Below, piece after piece: positions 19,241-27,912 of a DNA stretch of 64,000 nucleotides. A program made the translations under genes and the position numbers. Below the pieces are notes generated by a model. It ran no database searches, was not told the origin of the DNA, and saw nothing but the letters and a program-made list of their open reading frames with translations. Every line of letters starts with the position of its first letter. Position 1 is the stretch's first letter. Origin of the DNA: a virus (lineage: Duplodnaviria > Caudoviricetes); the IMG/VR virus record IMGVR_UViG_2595698668_000001, positions 128,001-192,000 of that record. The stretch is one strand, 5' to 3'.

Positions 19241-19264
19241 AGCCATCCTACGGGGTGGCTTTTT
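19241..19264 (+). terminator. Terminator with C-UACG-G loop (identical copy at 61824)
   Basis: AGCCATCC-TACG-GGGTGGCTTTTT. Confidence 0.88.
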
Positions 19265-19316
19265 TGTATCCCTAAATACTAATTGACCATTTTGGTCAAT
19301 ATAATAAGGGTGTTTA

Positions 19317-19538
19317 ATGGAATACAATTTCATCGAAGTTAATGAAAATATTTTTGTTCTTACTGGATATTTCGGATCTTATAATTTGATTGAGAGATGG
19401 AAAAGACTTGAAGAAGATGACCATTTAATGATCGTGAAGATAAAGGAATATTTGGAGAGGGGAAATATTGTGGTTGTACATGATGTACAAGAAGATTTAT
19501 TCGTTAAGCTAGATGGAGATAAATTTTACGTTTTTTGA
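19317..19538 (+). CDS. Hypothetical protein, late promoter at 19271-19278
   Basis: ORF with SD AAGGG; CCTAAATA upstream. Confidence 0.65.
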   Translation: MEYNFIEVNENIFVLTGYFGSYNLIERWKRLEEDDHLMIVKIKEYLERGNIVVVHDVQEDLFVKLDGDKFYVF

Positions 19539-19584
19539 TTTCGTATTGTATCAGACACTACGAATGTTTTTAACTTTTATACTT

Positions 19585-19609
19585 AGGTGATCTCTCGATC
19601 ACCTTTTTT
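19585..19609 (+). terminator. Rho-independent terminator
   Basis: AGGTGATC-TCTC-GATCACCT followed by T-run. Confidence 0.75.
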
Positions 19610-19635
19610 GTATCTTTTATATACAAAAATAATTA

Positions 19636-19753
19636 GTTTCACTTGCAATCAAAGTATAAAATCTCTATAAGTATTTATATAGAAGATCTATAATTAGAAA
19701 GTGTGAGCGAAGCGAACAGGCGGCTACGCCGTCTCACTACGTTCGAGATCTAT
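19636..19753 (+). repeat. 118-bp structured non-coding element, copy 1
   Basis: Reverse complement of 61855-61974 apart from 3 substitutions and one 2-nt indel. Confidence 0.95.
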
Positions 19754-19791
19754 TTATTTATAATGCTATTTAGGTGTGTTAAAATACTATC

Positions 19792-20352
19792 ATGAAAAGG
19801 AAAATTGTAACTCTTATAGGAACCAGATATCCTAATGAAGAGTATAAACAGTTGATGATAAGAATTGGAAAAGCTTTTTCGGATCGTGGTTATGGTGCTA
19901 GGTCTGGTGGTGCCATTGGTTCTGATACACTTTTCCTAACCGAATATGACCCAACATTAACCATTGTATATCGTCCTGATGATAGACCCGGTTGTGTTAA
20001 TGTCAAAAACCATGAAAACTATTATGAATTTGAATTGCTTGCTTCCCGTGTTCATGGGTCTGGAGTTGGCTGGGAATTTATGCCAATCGGTCACCAAGAA
20101 TTACACGCTCGGAACGTTCCTCAAGTTATGGGATTAAACCTCAAGTCTTATTCTGACTTAGTTGTATTTTGTGCAGAGGAATCGATACATGGTACTGTAT
20201 CTGGTGGAACTGCTACTGCGGTTAAAATAGCAAGAAGCCTAAATATACCTACCCTAAACATTATGAACCCAGTTCAAAGATCAAAACTTTGTAAATGGTT
20301 GGGTATTGATGATATACCAGTATTAGAAAAGGTTGACATTTTCAATCTCTAA
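19792..20352 (+). CDS. SLOG-superfamily (DprA/Smf-like) nucleotide-binding protein
   Basis: IGTR, G..ARSGGAIGSD, ARN..QV.G, GGTATAVKIA...IP..N. Confidence 0.8.
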   Translation: MKRKIVTLIGTRYPNEEYKQLMIRIGKAFSDRGYGARSGGAIGSDTLFLTEYDPTLTIVYRPDDRPGCVNVKNHENYYEFELLASRVHGSGVGWEFMPIGHQELHARNVPQVMGLNLKSYSDLVVFCAEESIHGTVSGGTATAVKIARSLNIPTLNIMNPVQRSKLCKWLGIDDIPVLEKVDIFNL

Positions 20353-20390
20353 ATATTGTTGTGGAATAATAACAATAAACGAGGTTGAAA

Positions 20391-20735
20391 ATGAAAAGCT
20401 CACCACGTAAGATCGCCAGAACTGCGCATGATGCGATTCGACGGTTTAATTTAATACTAGGCGACACCGATACATTGTGGAAAGAAGAACCCGAAAAGGT
20501 TAAACGGGTCTGGACTAAACATGTAACATATATAATCGACCACCCTGATTCTGATGCTCGAACTGTTCATGAGCTTTGGAGAAATTATAAAGAGGGAGAA
20601 GGTTGGATATTTGGTGAAGATAAATCTAGAGACGAGAAAACCCATCCATGTTTGACATCTTACGATGAACTACATGAAATAGAAAAGATGAAATATTATA
20701 TTTTCATCGAAACTGTTCTTGAGCAATCAAAATAA
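20391..20735 (+). CDS. RyR-domain protein
   Basis: HELW...K..EGW.FGE.K....KTHPCL..YDEL...EK.K is the RyR-repeat signature; CTAAATA at 20349-20355. Confidence 0.85.
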   Translation: MKSSPRKIARTAHDAIRRFNLILGDTDTLWKEEPEKVKRVWTKHVTYIIDHPDSDARTVHELWRNYKEGEGWIFGEDKSRDEKTHPCLTSYDELHEIEKMKYYIFIETVLEQSK

Positions 20736-20770
20736 AAAAGCCCCGACCTAAAAAGGTTGGGGCTTTCTTT
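20735..20770. terminator. Bidirectional terminator
   Basis: AAAGCCCCGACC-TAAAAA-GGTTGGGGCTTT between convergent genes. Confidence 0.8.
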
Positions 20771-20813
20771 TATCCAGAATAAAGCTTCTACGTCTTTTTA
20801 TCTGGAAAATTAA

Positions 20814-22043
20814 TTATGCGTAATCTTTCATTTCAACCATACACATACGAGCCAATTGAGACTTGTTGGCAGCACCTACCCAATCTTCCCCATCATATAC
20901 CTTAGCAGGGTTGGATTCAATTTTTCTGAAATCCGGGCTAGTAGATAGAGCATATCTTGAGATAATACCAACCACTGGTTGTAGCGCATCTGGATCGGCA
21001 GCAACCATAAAAGTGCCTGCTTCATCTTCTTCAATATATGGACTGTAATAAACAGCACTTACTGTATCAACACCTTCATCAAATTTAGCCTTAACACCAA
21101 CCAGCATATAATGGACTGGGGTTTTTGAATCAACAACCAATTTCATTTTAGTACCGATAATTCGGTGTTGATCGTCAACTAATCCAGACGTTTGAATAAG
21201 TGCGGCCACATGAGCAGAAGCAAGAATATAAGTCGGTTTGAATGTGGTATCCAAAGTAATTTGAGCAGCCATACGACACGCACGAGCAACAAGATCACGA
21301 CCAGCAAAATATTCAGTGGTTGCTACATTGTACGGAGTTGCTTTAACCTCTTTAGATGCAACGGTCACCAGCTTCATGATAATATCGCTGTTAATCTCTT
21401 CTGCAATGGCAACAGACAATAGATCTTCTACTGCTGCATCACCATCCATATTCATACCACCCATATCTTGAAGAAGTTCAAGAGTGATGTTAGATTTTAG
21501 TTTGCGACTACGAACAACGGATTTCCATTTGTTCATTACATATCTGGTTTTTTGGATTTCTTTATCTTCTTGGGTGTTCGGTACAATAGCATCAACAACA
21601 AGACGAAGGTTACCAGTAAAGACATTCTCAAAAAGAGAATTCAAATCGCCGGAATAATCACCATCATTGATAACTTGGAACACATAACCTTCACTGGCAA
21701 AATATGCTTTTGATACCATACCAGCACTACCAGCGGGTAATGCAGAAACGGCTGCCATATCAAATTCACCACCATAATTACGGTTATCAAGGTTAATATC
21801 CCGATGACTTTGATTGTCTTCGCTAATATACTCGTAACGTACACCAAATACGTTTGCTACTGGGTCTGTAGTTGGTTGAACACCAGCAAGCTCATCATAA
21901 ATTTTATTAAATGTTTTGCGAGTTAGTGAAACTAAAGAAGGGCGACCAGTTACGATATCACCACTACTAGATTCAACCAACCGCCCGGACATACCAGACT
22001 CTTTAATTAGGTCTTGTATTTTTTTGGAGACTACTTTAGCCAT
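20814..22043 (-). CDS. gp24: Capsid vertex protein
   Basis: GRP.LVSLTR, Q.T..PVA..FGVRY, SRKLK..T.EL.QD, YYSPY.E, D...LQP......RYAL. Confidence 0.93.
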   Translation of the reverse strand: MAKVVSKKIQDLIKESGMSGRLVESSSGDIVTGRPSLVSLTRKTFNKIYDELAGVQPTTDPVANVFGVRYEYISEDNQSHRDINLDNRNYGGEFDMAAVSALPAGSAGMVSKAYFASEGYVFQVINDGDYSGDLNSLFENVFTGNLRLVVDAIVPNTQEDKEIQKTRYVMNKWKSVVRSRKLKSNITLELLQDMGGMNMDGDAAVEDLLSVAIAEEINSDIIMKLVTVASKEVKATPYNVATTEYFAGRDLVARACRMAAQITLDTTFKPTYILASAHVAALIQTSGLVDDQHRIIGTKMKLVVDSKTPVHYMLVGVKAKFDEGVDTVSAVYYSPYIEEDEAGTFMVAADPDALQPVVGIISRYALSTSPDFRKIESNPAKVYDGEDWVGAANKSQLARMCMVEMKDYA

Positions 22044-22136
22044 TTTTAAGATTCCTCTTTTTCTTTTATTTAGGGCTCATTCATTGGTTGACTGTATGAA
22101 CTCTATCTAGTATTATTTAGACCAGTAAGAAAAACG

Positions 22137-22160
22137 AAAAGGGAACCCGAAGGTTCCCTT
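22137..22160 (-). terminator. gp23 terminator with CUUCGG loop
   Basis: Minus strand AAGGGAAC-CTTCGG-GTTCCCTTTT. Confidence 0.9.
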
Positions 22161-22176
22161 ATTTTTGGATTTGCTA

Positions 22177-23859
22177 TTAGGCACCCAGAACACGTACACG
22201 ACGGTAGAAGGAGTTCTTACCGAAGATTGCAGCACCCGGCATACCGGAAGTGATCTTGGAGAAGCCTTTGTTCTTGGAACCGTCAGCGAACGGGTGCAGT
22301 TTAACACCGTAACGGGTCTTGAAGCCAAGAATGGTAGCGAAGGACTTAGGATCCACACCACGCAGCGGGCTCAACGGGATGTATGGGCAGTAGTACAGAC
22401 CTGCATCCAGTTCGGAGCTACCCTTGAAGCCTACAGTGAAGTAATCTTCAACAGCGTACTGGTCGATGAAGACACGATACTTACCAGCCAGAACACCAGC
22501 GAACTGAGATACAGAGGTATCAGTGTTCAGCTTGGTAGTACCAGCAGCAGCCGGAGAAACCATCTGGTCGGTGGAACCGAGCATTACAGCAACGTTACGG
22601 GAACAGATTACGAAGTTACCGTTACCACGACCGGTTTGACGACCGATTTCAGCAGCTTCCTTATCGATTTGGGTAACCAGAGCCTTGGCGCTCTCACCTT
22701 GCCAACGAGCACCGCGAACGTCGTTCGGGTCTGCAAAGTTAAAGACACCAGCTTGTCCGCCATGTTGGTTAGTCCAACCAGTCTTACCGATTTGGGCGGT
22801 AGCGTTGATCCACAGGATCATTTCGCGGTTGATTTCCAGCATGATTTCGTTAGCCAGAATGCTGGACAGTTCGCTATCTGCATCCAGACCGTGAACGTTA
22901 CGCAGATCCTGAGCCAGTTCGATGGAGTACTGAGCTTTCAGTTGACGAGCCTTAGCTTCAACTACTTGCTTATCAATACGGAAACTCATTTCAGGCCACG
23001 GGTTATTGCTGGAACCATTAAAGTTCTCTTGCAGTTCCGCCATGGAGGTAGCCATACCTTCACCGATTTCAACCGCGATCTTGTCGTGGATCAGTTTCAG
23101 GTAACCAGCGGTTTTAACGTCAGCAGCAGTACCAGCAGTATAAGCGGTAACGAACTGAACAACCTTAGTACCGGAGTTGGAATAAGCGTCTACTTCTTCA
23201 TCCAGTTGGAAGCGAGCCAGATCACCGATTGCATAGGTTCCGTCTTTATCAAAAGCAGGAATCAGCGGAGCAGTGGCACCACGACCAGAGAAGCTGGAAT
23301 CAGGTGCATATTGCGGGTGGAAAGCTTCGCGAGCTTGAGCATCCAAAGCATCAGTACCATAGATGGCACGGAGGGTGAATACTTGACCAGCAGAAGAGGT
23401 CATCGGCTGAACACCACAGATATCAAAGGCAATCAGGTTGCTGATAGCACGACGAGCCAGACCCATAACAGCCGGACCGACGTTGGTGATGTTACCGGAA
23501 GCTTCACCAGAGGCGATCTTGATAGCATCATAACCGTGGTCACCGACGATGTTAGCTTCGGTCAGCATGGTTTCCATCTCTTCGCCGGACAGTTCGCGAC
23601 CTTCTGCCAGAGCAGCGGCTTGAGCTTCGTTCAGCATCTTTTTGGCTTCTGCCAGTTGAGCTTTACGACCTTGTACGTCAACCATGGAATCGATTACGGT
23701 TTGGTCGGTATATGCAGCACCGTCGTTACTCTTGATGTCTTCATATTGGTTTTCCATCAGACGAGCGACGATATCCTTGCGCTTCATGGTAGCAATTTCC
23801 GGCATACCTTCTTTTTCAAGCAGCGGTTTCCACTTAGCGATAATAGCGGTCTTAGACAT
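22177..23859 (-). CDS. gp23: Major capsid protein
   Basis: KW.PLL..EG, GDHGY, GPAVMG..RRAI.NLIAFDICGVQPM, WPEMSFRIDKQ, YSIELAQDL..VHG.DAD, GFKTRYG. Confidence 0.98.
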   Translation of the reverse strand: MSKTAIIAKWKPLLEKEGMPEIATMKRKDIVARLMENQYEDIKSNDGAAYTDQTVIDSMVDVQGRKAQLAEAKKMLNEAQAAALAEGRELSGEEMETMLTEANIVGDHGYDAIKIASGEASGNITNVGPAVMGLARRAISNLIAFDICGVQPMTSSAGQVFTLRAIYGTDALDAQAREAFHPQYAPDSSFSGRGATAPLIPAFDKDGTYAIGDLARFQLDEEVDAYSNSGTKVVQFVTAYTAGTAADVKTAGYLKLIHDKIAVEIGEGMATSMAELQENFNGSSNNPWPEMSFRIDKQVVEAKARQLKAQYSIELAQDLRNVHGLDADSELSSILANEIMLEINREMILWINATAQIGKTGWTNQHGGQAGVFNFADPNDVRGARWQGESAKALVTQIDKEAAEIGRQTGRGNGNFVICSRNVAVMLGSTDQMVSPAAAGTTKLNTDTSVSQFAGVLAGKYRVFIDQYAVEDYFTVGFKGSSELDAGLYYCPYIPLSPLRGVDPKSFATILGFKTRYGVKLHPFADGSKNKGFSKITSGMPGAAIFGKNSFYRRVRVLGA

Positions 23860-23931
23860 TTTTGTTTTCCTTTTTGGATTTGAAATTTAATTTTCGGGGA
23901 GAAGAACCATTTCTTCTTTCCCTTACAAATA

Positions 23932-23939
23932 TATTTAGG
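23932..23939 (-). promoter_or_regulatory. Late promoter CCTAAATA for gp23
   Basis: Consensus motif 73 nt upstream of the start codon. Confidence 0.8.
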
Positions 23940-23983
23940 GGAGTTATTTCAGTTATTTTTATAACTCCCCGTTAAACAGAAAA

Positions 23984-24817
23984 TTACCAGCGCATGAACT
24001 CTTGTACAGACTCATCGATTTTTGATTTGGGTTCTGGCTTTTTATCTTTCTTATCTTTTTCGCCTTTCTCACCCTTTTCATCTTTGTCGTCTTTCTTATC
24101 TTCGTCATCATTGAAGTTAAGATTTTCGTTTAGAGGTTTCTGATTAGATTCTTGCTCTTTCTTCTGAGAAACCATTTCAACCAGAGCACTTACACGAGTA
24201 CCGAATTGTTCAGCAGAACCAAACGAAATTCCCTCACAAAGAGTTTTAACTTGTTCTTGTTGAACCATAGTCAGCTCTTTAATAGACTCAGCGATAACAG
24301 CTTCACGTTCTTTAGCTTGAATACTTTCGGTCAGAGCAGAGTTTTTACTAACCAGATCGTTAATCATGCTTTGGGCTTCTTCCAGCTCGGCAGCTTGTTC
24401 GGCAACGATATCAACTGCATCCTCTGGAACAACAACGTGATGAGAAACAAATAGTTCTTTCATACCAGCAAGCAGACTTTCAGCAAGTTGGGCTTGGATA
24501 CCAGTTTCAATAGCTACTTTGTTATCTTCCATAAAGCTTTCTGCTAGATGTTCGAAATAGCTATCCATGGTTTTAATCAGTTCTGCATTCTTTGCTTCGG
24601 CGGCTTCTTGAACCAGTTCATCGGATTTAGCGGCTAGGGCTTCGATGTGCGATTCTGCGAGCTGTACGGCTTCCTCACGCAGTTTGGTTTGAAATACTTG
24701 GGTCAGTGCGTCAACGACACCCTCGCTCAAATTGAGCCCTTGCAGAGCGCCAGAAATGGCATCTGCTTGTACAGTGATATTTTTAGATTCACTGAGCAGT
24801 TGGTCTTTAATAGACAT
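23984..24817 (-). CDS. gp22: Prohead core scaffold protein
   Basis: K.QL..E..NI, Y..H...E....N..AI..GI...LAES...G.KELF..H.V.VPE..VD.V.E. Confidence 0.93.
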   Translation of the reverse strand: MSIKDQLLSESKNITVQADAISGALQGLNLSEGVVDALTQVFQTKLREEAVQLAESHIEALAAKSDELVQEAAEAKNAELIKTMDSYFEHLAESFMEDNKVAIETGIQAQLAESLLAGMKELFVSHHVVVPEDAVDIVAEQAAELEEAQSMINDLVSKNSALTESIQAKEREAVIAESIKELTMVQQEQVKTLCEGISFGSAEQFGTRVSALVEMVSQKKEQESNQKPLNENLNFNDDEDKKDDKDEKGEKGEKDKKDKKPEPKSKIDESVQEFMRW

Positions 24818-24838
24818 TGGTTTTTCCTTATTTGAAAG

Positions 24839-25564
24839 TTAACTTTTCAATGCTTCGATTAATTTGAGAATCTTTGCATCGTCTGTATTATTTAGGGTAG
24901 ATTTTTGATCGGTTTTTGATTCGTTAACTCGGTATGCGTTTGTATACGCATTAGGTGCGCTTGGTCCCCAAACAACATCCACCCCAACAGTTAAACGATA
25001 ACCTTCTTGAACTTCATTTAAACCGCGTGAATTGCGCTTCAAAGAACCAAGACCACGAGAACTAACACCCGGAATCCAACCAGCTCTAATAAGAGCAGCG
25101 ACCTTATCACCTTCCGCGTGGTCCCCTTCTACAATACGAGCACGACCATAAACGTCGTTACCTTTCCACCAGAGCTTTTCGATGACCAAAGCTGATTTTG
25201 ATGGGTCTGGATAAGAACGATCACCGGGGTGATTTAGTTCACCAAGAGATTGTTTGGACTCTACCTGATCTTTAACGTATCTTTCGACGGCTTTTTCCAT
25301 TACCCGTTTTGGATAAATACGACCATTACCATTAGGAACTTCCGCTTGGAGGAAAATACCCTCGATATAAAGATTACCAGTACCTTTGTCATCCACTGAT
25401 TCAATCAGGTAATATTCTTTATTGGGAACCCCAGATTCATTTTTCTCGGTTAGATTGTTATCAGTCCTATATTCGGTGCTCCAATGCTCAATTAAAAGCA
25501 TATTTTTTGAAGGTTCACCGTTATCTCTACCTTCCCAGTTTTCGACTAGAATATTTTCATACAT
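24839..25564 (-). CDS. gp21: Prohead protease
   Basis: LYIEGIFLQAEV.N.NGR.YP, LGELNHP, GVSSRGLGSL, VDVVWGPSAPNAY. Confidence 0.96.
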   Translation of the reverse strand: MYENILVENWEGRDNGEPSKNMLLIEHWSTEYRTDNNLTEKNESGVPNKEYYLIESVDDKGTGNLYIEGIFLQAEVPNGNGRIYPKRVMEKAVERYVKDQVESKQSLGELNHPGDRSYPDPSKSALVIEKLWWKGNDVYGRARIVEGDHAEGDKVAALIRAGWIPGVSSRGLGSLKRNSRGLNEVQEGYRLTVGVDVVWGPSAPNAYTNAYRVNESKTDQKSTLNNTDDAKILKLIEALKS

Positions 25565-25566
25565 GA

Positions 25567-26043
25567 TTAGAGCCCCATCGAATGGCGCTTGCGCATAGCC
25601 TTTTTATATTTCTTATTAGCTCGAATCTGAATAGACGGGTTAGCTCTTTTGGTCTTAACCGCATGTCTAGCAATTTGACGACGCTGTGACTTACTCAATC
25701 CAGTTGTTTGTGACGCTCTACGTCTACGGGTTTCACGATCATGGATACGGGTAACAGTACCAGCCGCGTTTACACGTTTTACAAGAACTTCATCAAGTTC
25801 CTCAGACTCTTCCAAAATACTTAGAATAGCTAGTGCTTCAATCGCATTTTCAGAAATCATATTTTCTGCAATTGTCAAAGAATCTTCTTCACCAAATACA
25901 GATTTAAGGTGTTGTGCTTTTTCGGGAGCAGTCGATTCGACGCATTCAGCGATTAACGAAAGGAGTACGTCGTACTCCAAATCGGTTTCAAGAATGCGAG
26001 AACCTTTTACTCCCCATTTGGAAATTACTTCTTGTTTTTCCAT
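25567..26043 (-). CDS. gp68: Prohead core protein
   Basis: VKRV.A.G...R..DR.TR.RRA.QTTGLSK..RRQIAR...KTKRANPS. Confidence 0.92.
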   Translation of the reverse strand: MEKQEVISKWGVKGSRILETDLEYDVLLSLIAECVESTAPEKAQHLKSVFGEEDSLTIAENMISENAIEALAILSILEESEELDEVLVKRVNAAGTVTRIHDRETRRRRASQTTGLSKSQRRQIARHAVKTKRANPSIQIRANKKYKKAMRKRHSMGL

Positions 26044-26072
26044 TTTTATTTTCCTTATGGGGTTGTTAAAAA

Positions 26073-26228
26073 TTATTCTTGTTCGTCTTCGAAGGGGGCT
26101 AAGGATGCTCCCATCTGAACCCGCATATCATGAGTTTTAGCGGCAATACGTGAAAACATTTCAGTTTCGAATGCACCTTTAGCGGCAATAAGATCGCCAG
26201 CTCGTGCTGCATTAATAAATTCTTCCAT
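26073..26228 (-). CDS. gp67: Prohead core protein (51 aa)
   Basis: Hand translation MEEFINAARAGDLIAAKGAFETEM...; position between gp20 and gp68; CTAAATA at 26242-26248. Confidence 0.85.
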   Translation of the reverse strand: MEEFINAARAGDLIAAKGAFETEMFSRIAAKTHDMRVQMGASLAPFEDEQE

Positions 26229-26253
26229 CACTCTATACCTTTATTTAGTGTTG

Positions 26254-27831
26254 TTAAAAATCAGCGAGACCATCTTCTGGATTTGGTGGATTGAGAATTT
26301 CGGATTTCATTTCTTCCTCAATCTTCTTCGCCTCTTCTTCAATTTGTTTATCTGTCATTTTCATTATGTCTTTCATAATTGTGTTATGAGACATATATTT
26401 CCCGACGATATTATTTTGAATGAGACTACTTACCACATCTATTCTACGTTGAAGAATCTCAATATCTTTAAGTTCTTCATAATAAGAATCTTTGGCATAT
26501 ACAATCTTGATGTTATTCTTTTCTTCGTCCCATTCTTCCTGACTCATAATACCTTTTAGAATAAGGTTTGTAACGAGTGGGTCATAGAAAATTGGGTCAA
26601 ATTGGCGCTGCATACCGCGAACCAATTTAGCAAACAACAGCTCATCACGAGATATTTCCCCACCATTCGAGAATGTAACACCACCAGATTCCATTGGGAG
26701 GCGACTAAGAGGCAATTTCATTGCTTCATAAACTTTACGGTTGAACCAACGAACGTCGTCCATTTCACCAATAGACTGGGCACCCGGAAGAGTAGAAATC
26801 TCAGTGGAAGCCTTACCATCTCGACGCATCAACCAGAAATCTTCTGTCATGCTTAGGTTATTGGCTGCTGTTTTAACCTTACCCGTCGAACTGTCATAGA
26901 TAACTCGGTTTTTAAAGCCTTGCATGACTTTGTTTACGTGTTCGGTTGCTTTTTTAGGTTGCATATTACCAACGTCAATATAAAAAATACGACGCTCTGG
27001 TGCGCGTGATACGCGATATATAACCAACGCATCTTCTAACATCTTCAAAATGTTAGCTGGCTTTATTGCAGCATGTAGATGCCCTATAATAGACCTACCA
27101 TCACAAGATACTTTACCACTGTGAGCATAAACCATCGCATCGCGGGGGATAACGATATGGTTTGTATTGGCTTGGTTTATATTATAAGTTGAACATTCAG
27201 TACCTGAATAAGTAAAATATTCCCGATGACCTTTATAAATGCTATTACCACCTTCAACCTCTTTAAAGTTTTCTCTGTGATAATATACGGCTCGGGGGTC
27301 TAACAACCGAAGTTCTTTAATACCTTCTTTTTGGTGTTTCGGGTCGATCATTTTATGGAAATAGATTCGACTATCGACATACCAACGGCGATATAATCTC
27401 TTACCTTCTTTTTCGAAGTTCAAAAGAGACAATATTTCTTCAAATTCTTCTTGAACCCGGTCTTTAATGGATTTATTCCATTTAGTTGCATCCAGATCCA
27501 ATGAAACAGTATTCTTTTCGTCTTCTTGAACAATTGCATCATTTACGATTTCATCAATCGCATTATCAACTTCATGATAATTTGTTAGAGCGCGATATTG
27601 ATCTATAAGTTGACGAGTTGAATTAATTTTTTGTTCAGTACCATATGCATAAGCTTGATATGCACGACTAGGAGCTGATGTATCGGTCCTATCAATAGAA
27701 TTAGCACCATCAGGATTGTCTGGTGCGGAGAAACTATCAATCCCCGATTTGAGTTCTATATCTAGTTCCTTATCGTCGTCTTTCGCCCACGGACGAAGAA
27801 AACTTGGAACAGTAAAACGACCATTGAACAT
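26254..27831 (-). CDS. gp20: Portal vertex protein
   Basis: EVDNAI.EIVNDAI, WYVD.R, LKMLEDALVIYR..RAPERRIFYIDVGN, MTEDFWL.RR. Confidence 0.97.
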   Translation of the reverse strand: MFNGRFTVPSFLRPWAKDDDKELDIELKSGIDSFSAPDNPDGANSIDRTDTSAPSRAYQAYAYGTEQKINSTRQLIDQYRALTNYHEVDNAIDEIVNDAIVQEDEKNTVSLDLDATKWNKSIKDRVQEEFEEILSLLNFEKEGKRLYRRWYVDSRIYFHKMIDPKHQKEGIKELRLLDPRAVYYHRENFKEVEGGNSIYKGHREYFTYSGTECSTYNINQANTNHIVIPRDAMVYAHSGKVSCDGRSIIGHLHAAIKPANILKMLEDALVIYRVSRAPERRIFYIDVGNMQPKKATEHVNKVMQGFKNRVIYDSSTGKVKTAANNLSMTEDFWLMRRDGKASTEISTLPGAQSIGEMDDVRWFNRKVYEAMKLPLSRLPMESGGVTFSNGGEISRDELLFAKLVRGMQRQFDPIFYDPLVTNLILKGIMSQEEWDEEKNNIKIVYAKDSYYEELKDIEILQRRIDVVSSLIQNNIVGKYMSHNTIMKDIMKMTDKQIEEEAKKIEEEMKSEILNPPNPEDGLADF

Positions 27832-27912
27832 ATGAGTAATCCTTTTATTTTATCTATATTTATTTAGGGCAATAAAATTAAAAGGATATGGGGTATTTCT
27901 ACCCCAATCATT

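Noticed and set aside
19636-19753. Structured repeat as tRNA, CRISPR repeat or terminator
   Set aside because: No cloverleaf, no spacer array and no U-tail; triloop hairpins favour DNA structure on both strands
22165-23883. 572-aa antisense ORF spanning all of gp23
   Set aside because: Mirror-frame shadow of a highly codon-biased gene; no SD or promoter, no recognisable motifs, boundaries match gp23
24010-24115. Low-complexity TC-rich tract
   Set aside because: Encodes the K/D/E-rich tail of scaffold gp22 (internal-peptide-like region), ordinary for this family
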